Shown here: positions 62,687 to 64,000 of the stretch, piece after piece
How positions within the stretch are numbered: position 1 is the stretch's first letter
How the letters are laid out: each line of letters opens with the position of its first letter
Source: Bispira polyomma
Taxonomy: Eukaryota
Reading direction: 5' to 3'
Length of the DNA: 64,000 bases
Assembly: GCA_965649765.1 (NCBI GenBank)
Contig: OZ287748.1
Location: forward strand, 57,412,001 to 57,476,000
Position numbers and translations under genes: made by a program
The notes under the pieces: model-generated
Database searches by the model: none
Seen by the model: only the letters and a program-made list of their open reading frames with translations
What the model was told of the DNA's origin: nothing

Positions 62687-64000
62687 TGCACAGCAGGCCC
62701 CTTTAGGGGACTGATAGTTCAGTCCACTTACAAACCTCTTAATTTTCATCACAACCTTAATTTCAGTTACACCAACAATATATGTAGCTATTTACTGGGC
62801 TACTAGCCAATCACAGCCCACACACTTGCTGTTTAGGCTTCACTTTCCAAATCACCATTTTGAATCTACATTCAAGTTATAGAATTCAAAGGAACAACAA
62901 GTGAAAAATATTTTTATGAAACAAATGGATTGTATTTATGTGATTTTATTATTTTAACTTGGTTTTTATTATACATTGTACGTTGCATATTGTGAAGGAA
63001 TCGACATGGGTCGTACTAAGAAAACGCCCACACACAGTTCAGTTAGAAAATCGACCAAGAAACCACTTACAGCAAGAAAGACAAAGGAAAGGCAAGTAGT
63101 TGATTCTCTCGTTTTGGACCTCGACGGCCAATTATCACAGGTAGCGGGCCCCTCTAGTACTAACAATTCTTTCCAACAGATAAATAGCGACGCCTCGCCA
63201 ATTATGGCGACTCGGGGGCCCCTACTTAGGCCGGGTTCCGACACAACCACCAGCCAGAATTCTGACCAAATGCTTGCCATTCTCATGAGACTCGAAGCTT
63301 CTAACGCCGACTTAGCTGGCCGTTTGCAGAAAGTAGAGCAACAGGCATCGACTAACGCATCCACGTTACCTACTCCATCTCTCATCGGAACGGGTCACGT
63401 ACCGGTCATCAGGCAGATGGGAACCACAGCTTCACTTAACGTGCAGGGTACATCTGCATACAACCAACCTGCTACAGGCCACCACGGCCAGATTGCTTCC
63501 GGATCACTACCACAGACGGGTTACCCTTCTCAACAACCAGCACAGGGAAACGCTGCGTTCGTGCTCCCCACTCAGCCAGGCAATATTGCATCAGCTTATA
63601 TGCAAAACGCTAGACCAGATATCCCTGTAGCAACACACACGGGCTACACGGGACACGATTATCAACGAGAGGAGATTGCACCGAACCTAGATGCGTTGAG
63701 ATCCTTACCTCACGTCCAGGCGGAAGTCACCAGACAACTTGCTCAGTATTCAGCACTTGCACAGCGAGATATGACACAAGGTAAGGCATCTCTTAAGCAT
63801 AAATCGGGACGTTTCAATAACACAGACGTCACTTCCATGGATACCAGGCTAAGGTGGCCTAACGAAGGGTGGGTAGGGGGCTCTTCAAAGAAGAAGCCAA
63901 CGTTCGACGAACTCACACTGCCGCAGTGGGCTGCAGGGCAGCTCGCTAACGCGCTACCAGTACCCAACCCTGCTGAAATGAAGGACATGGTAAGACAAAT
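62687..64000 (+). mobile_element. E4: 5' part of an E1-family Ngaro-like element (A1 62687-62919), running off the window
   Basis: TGCACAGCAGGCCCC...GGGGACTGATAGTTCAGTCCAC matches the E1 A repeat; gag follows. Confidence 0.92.
63006..64000 (+). CDS. E4 gag-like ORF1, open to the window end (partial)
   Basis: MGRTKKTPTHSSVRK...QGKASLKHKSGRFNNTD...QWAAGQL; no stop found by manual translation; closely similar to E1 gag. Confidence 0.85.
   Translation, partial: MGRTKKTPTHSSVRKSTKKPLTARKTKERQVVDSLVLDLDGQLSQVAGPSSTNNSFQQINSDASPIMATRGPLLRPGSDTTTSQNSDQMLAILMRLEASNADLAGRLQKVEQQASTNASTLPTPSLIGTGHVPVIRQMGTTASLNVQGTSAYNQPATGHHGQIASGSLPQTGYPSQQPAQGNAAFVLPTQPGNIASAYMQNARPDIPVATHTGYTGHDYQREEIAPNLDALRSLPHVQAEVTRQLAQYSALAQRDMTQGKASLKHKSGRFNNTDVTSMDTRLRWPNEGWVGGSSKKKPTFDELTLPQWAAGQLANALPVPNPAEMKDMVRQ

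Overview
AT-rich eukaryotic DNA from an invertebrate, probably a lophotrochozoan such as a mollusc (inferred from the protocadherin type and repeat content), with one 170-nt assembly gap. The left half holds a 7-cadherin-repeat (delta-type) protocadherin gene on + with three coding exons whose splice phases match (12945-15431, 20029-20329, 20761-22055; about 1360 aa). It is surrounded by tRNA-derived SINEs, MITEs and minisatellites, one of which amplifies the gene's own exon/intron junction. The right half holds four tyrosine-recombinase (YR) retrotransposons of the Ngaro type: gag with a Cys/His finger, RT/RNaseH, YR, no methyltransferase, and split direct repeats A1-ORFs-B1-A2-spacer-B2. They are E1 31025-37537(-), E2 ~42140-46320(-), E3 53246-59810(-) and E4 62687-end(+). 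Three features stand out, all read by eye from the sequence. (1) A conserved, covarying, probably pseudoknotted ~110-190 nt non-coding RNA lies in the ~0.8-kb A2-B2 spacer, in 4 copies. (2) A conserved phase-1 splice donor in gag and a phase-1 acceptor just after the pol stop predict a spliced gagN-YR fusion protein. (3) A covarying inverted repeat spans the B/A circle junction. Functions are inferred and untested.
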